IMG/VR virus record: IMGVR_UViG_2671180606_000002
DNA length: 20,256 bases
Direction: 5' to 3' (one strand)
From: a virus
Lineage: Duplodnaviria; Heunggongvirae; Uroviricota; Caudoviricetes
Position numbers and translations under genes: made by a program. The notes under the pieces are model-generated. The model was not told the origin of the DNA and searched no databases. It saw only the letters and a list, made by a program, of their open reading frames with translations. Shown here one piece after another: positions 18,001 to 20,256 of the stretch; position 1 is the stretch's first letter, and every line of letters starts with the position of its first letter.

Positions 18001-18272
18001 AAGACGGAGGTACTCAGTTTGAAGTTATGACGCGCAAACAGATTGAGCTGGTGCGCAGCCTGAGTAAAGCTGGTAATAACGGGCCGTGGGTAACTCACTG
18101 GGAAGAAATGGCAAAGAAAACGGCTATTCGTCGCCTGTTCAAATATCTGCCCGTATCAATTGAGATCCAGCGTGCAGTATCAATGGATGAAAAGGAACCA
18201 CTGACAATCGATCCTGCAGATTCCTCTGTATTAACCGGGGAATACAGTGTAATCGATAATTCAGAGGAATAA
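17974..18272 (+). pseudogene. recT: recT C-terminal remnant (about 98 codons) fused out of frame to the recE fragment
   Basis: +1 frame reads [66 protein letters not shown]...VIDNSEE, the RecT C-terminus as recalled; no RecT N-terminal 170 residues anywhere in window. Confidence 0.85.
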
Positions 18273-18328
18273 TTCAGCCTGGCGGTGTAATGCACCGCCA
18301 ACTTGAAATATTTTTTATGAGAAAAATT

Positions 18329-18523
18329 ATGAGATATGACAATGTTAAACCATGTCCATTTTGTGGTTGTCCATCAGTAACGGTGAAAGCCATTTCAGGA
18401 TATTACCGAGCGAAGTGTAACGGATGCGAATCCCGAACCGGTTATGGTGGAAGTGAAAAAGAAGCACTCGAAAGATGGAATAAACGAACCACTGGAAATA
18501 ATAATGGAGGTGTTCATGTATAA
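18329..18523 (+). CDS. ralR: Restriction alleviation protein RalR (Lar-like)
   Basis: 64-aa Cys-rich product MRYDNVKPCPFCGCPSVTVKAISGYYRAKCNGCESRTGYGG...; start chosen at ATG 18329 to match RalR length. Confidence 0.8.
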   Translation: MRYDNVKPCPFCGCPSVTVKAISGYYRAKCNGCESRTGYGGSEKEALERWNKRTTGNNNGGVHV

Positions 18524-18725
18524 AATTACCGCCACTATTGAAAAGGAAGGTGGCACTCCTACTAACTGGACAAGATATTCAAAATCTAAACTAACGAAAT
18601 CAGAATGCGAAAAAATGCTCTCAGGTAAAAAAGAAGCAGGCGTTTCCAGAGAGCAGAAAGTAAAACTGATAAATTTTAATTGCGAGAAACTTCAGTCCTC
18701 GAGAATTGCATTGTATTCAAATTAA
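18516..18725 (+). CDS. ydaC: Rac prophage protein YdaC
   Basis: 69-aa product from ATG at 18516 with GGAGGTG Shine-Dalgarno (MYKITATIEKEGGTPTNWTRYSK...); overlaps ralR stop. Confidence 0.75.
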   Translation: MYKITATIEKEGGTPTNWTRYSKSKLTKSECEKMLSGKKEAGVSREQKVKLINFNCEKLQSSRIALYSN

Positions 18726-18803
18726 AACTTCATAGCTGATTATTAATAATCAACATCGGGCGTCAATTTCAGTCTAACATTGGCGCCTGCCAGAGGTGAT
18801 GCG

Positions 18804-19019
18804 ATGGCACAAGTAATCTTTAATGAAGAGTGGATGGTTGAATACGGCCTGATGCTTCGCACTGGTCTGGGGGCCAGACAAATTGAAGCATACCGCCAGA
18901 ACTGTTGGGTGGAGGGCTTCCACTTCAAACGAGTATCTCCTTTAGGTAAGCCAGACAGCAAACGAGGGATTATCTGGTACAACTATCCAAAGATAAATCA
19001 GTTTATCAAAGACTCATGA
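18804..19019 (+). CDS. xisR: Excisionase (Xis)
   Basis: 71-aa product from ATG at 18804 with GAGGTGA Shine-Dalgarno ([32 protein letters not shown]...); immediately upstream of int. Confidence 0.8.
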   Translation: MAQVIFNEEWMVEYGLMLRTGLGARQIEAYRQNCWVEGFHFKRVSPLGKPDSKRGIIWYNYPKINQFIKDS

Positions 19020-19020
19020 T

Positions 19021-20256
19021 ATGTCTAAATTACCAACAGGTGTCGAGATTAGAGGTAGATACATTCGCATCTGGTTCATGTTTCGAGGAAAACGATGTCG
19101 GGAAACATTAAAAGGCTGGGAGATTACAAACAGTAATATTAAAAAGGCCGGAAATTTAAGAGCGCTGATAGTTCATGAAATAAACTCCGGTGAATTTGAG
19201 TATTTAAGACGTTTTCCCCAGTCCAGCACTGGGGCAAAAATGGTGACAACGAGAGTCATAAAAACGTTCGGAGAGCTTTGTGATATCTGGACAAAAATTA
19301 AAGAGACAGAGTTAACAACAAACACAATGAAGAAAACGAAATCACAATTAAAAACACTCAGAATAATAATTTGTGAAAGTACCCCGATATCACATATTCG
19401 TTATAGCGATATCTTAAACTACCGGAATGAACTGCTGCATGGAGAAACGCTTTACCTGGATAATCCAAGATCCAACAAAAAAGGAAGAACCGTGCGCACA
19501 GTTGATAACTATATCGCCCTGCTCTGTTCGCTGTTGCGTTTTGCGTATCAGTCGGGATTTATATCAACCAAACCATTTGAAGGAGTAAAAAAATTACAGC
19601 GAAACAGAATAAAGCCTGATCCGTTATCTAAAACAGAATTCAATGCATTAATGGAAAGTGAAAAAGGACAGAGCCAGAACTTGTGGAAATTTGCCGTTTA
19701 CTCAGGACTTCGTCACGGGGAACTGGCAGCTCTGGCGTGGGAGGATGTGGATCTCGAAAAGGGAATAGTGAATGTCAGAAGAAACCTGACGATACTTGAT
19801 ATGTTCGGTCCCCCAAAAACAAATGCCGGGATCCGAACAGTAACACTACTGCAGCCTGCTCTTGAAGCACTGAAGGAGCAATACAAACTGACCGGGCATC
19901 ATCGCAAAAGCGAAATCACCTTTTATCATCGGGAGTACGGCAGAACCGAAAAGCAAAAACTGCATTTTGTTTTCATGCCCAGGGTGTGTAACGGAAAACA
20001 AAAACCTTATTACTCGGTAAGCAGTTTGGGGGCAAGGTGGAATGCAGCAGTAAAACGTGCTGGTATTCGCCGCCGTAATCCGTACCATACGCGGCATACT
20101 TTTGCCTGCTGGCTGTTGACGGCAGGAGCGAACCCGGCATTTATAGCCAGCCAAATGGGGCATGAAACTGCGCAGATGGTGTATGAAATTTACGGTATGT
20201 GGATTGATGACATGAACGACGAACAGATAGCCATGTTGAATGCGCGGTTATCGTAG
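19021..20256 (+). CDS. intR: Tyrosine site-specific integrase
   Basis: 411-aa ORF; C-terminal catalytic region with conserved R (LRHGELAALAW), HxxR (HTRHTFACWLL) and catalytic Tyr region (VYEIYGMW); stop codon is the last triplet of the window. Confidence 0.95.
   Translation: MSKLPTGVEIRGRYIRIWFMFRGKRCRETLKGWEITNSNIKKAGNLRALIVHEINSGEFEYLRRFPQSSTGAKMVTTRVIKTFGELCDIWTKIKETELTTNTMKKTKSQLKTLRIIICESTPISHIRYSDILNYRNELLHGETLYLDNPRSNKKGRTVRTVDNYIALLCSLLRFAYQSGFISTKPFEGVKKLQRNRIKPDPLSKTEFNALMESEKGQSQNLWKFAVYSGLRHGELAALAWEDVDLEKGIVNVRRNLTILDMFGPPKTNAGIRTVTLLQPALEALKEQYKLTGHHRKSEITFYHREYGRTEKQKLHFVFMPRVCNGKQKPYYSVSSLGARWNAAVKRAGIRRRNPYHTRHTFACWLLTAGANPAFIASQMGHETAQMVYEIYGMWIDDMNDEQIAMLNARLS

Noticed and set aside
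17940-18272. ORF 17940..18272 (+) as an intact gene beginning MACSTRQRK
   Set aside because: Its first ~12 codons are an out-of-frame read of recE sequence; the rest is the recT C-terminus, so it is a fusion remnant rather than a gene.
18095-20163. ORFs 18095..18301 (-), 18743..18982 (-), 19846..20163 (-)
   Set aside because: Antisense to the recT remnant, xis and int; no supporting features.

Overview
This window is most of a defective Rac-like lambdoid prophage of an Escherichia/Shigella-type genome, with the integrase at the right edge and no head or tail genes. From left to right it holds a truncated sitA fused to prophage DNA, a ParB-like gene, the trkG cargo gene, and a minus-strand lysis cassette (Rz/Rz1, endolysin, dual-start holin). 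Upstream of that are a membrane-protein moron with its own terminators, a Q-like antiterminator and nin-region genes. A low-GC cargo island follows, carrying a yeaR-like gene under an NsrR-type palindrome and a tightly coupled three-gene operon: adenosine-deaminase-like, HAM1/ITPase-like and SIR2-like. This operon is the main finding. It looks like a nucleotide-signalling, NAD-depleting antiphage system; from memory it matches the deaminase-HAM1-SIR2 architecture of the recently described Kongming system, which I cannot verify here. A frameshifted TetR-like gene sits divergently beside it. The rest is the replication module (YdaU-like, DnaC-like) and the early-left region (ydaG, ydaF, sieB, kilR, ydaE, racC, ralR, ydaC, xis, int). 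Several decay scars are visible: a recE/recT fusion remnant, no cI/Cro-type immunity genes, and a start-less YdaT-like fragment. All calls rest on reading the six-frame translations and the sequence by eye; no searches were run.
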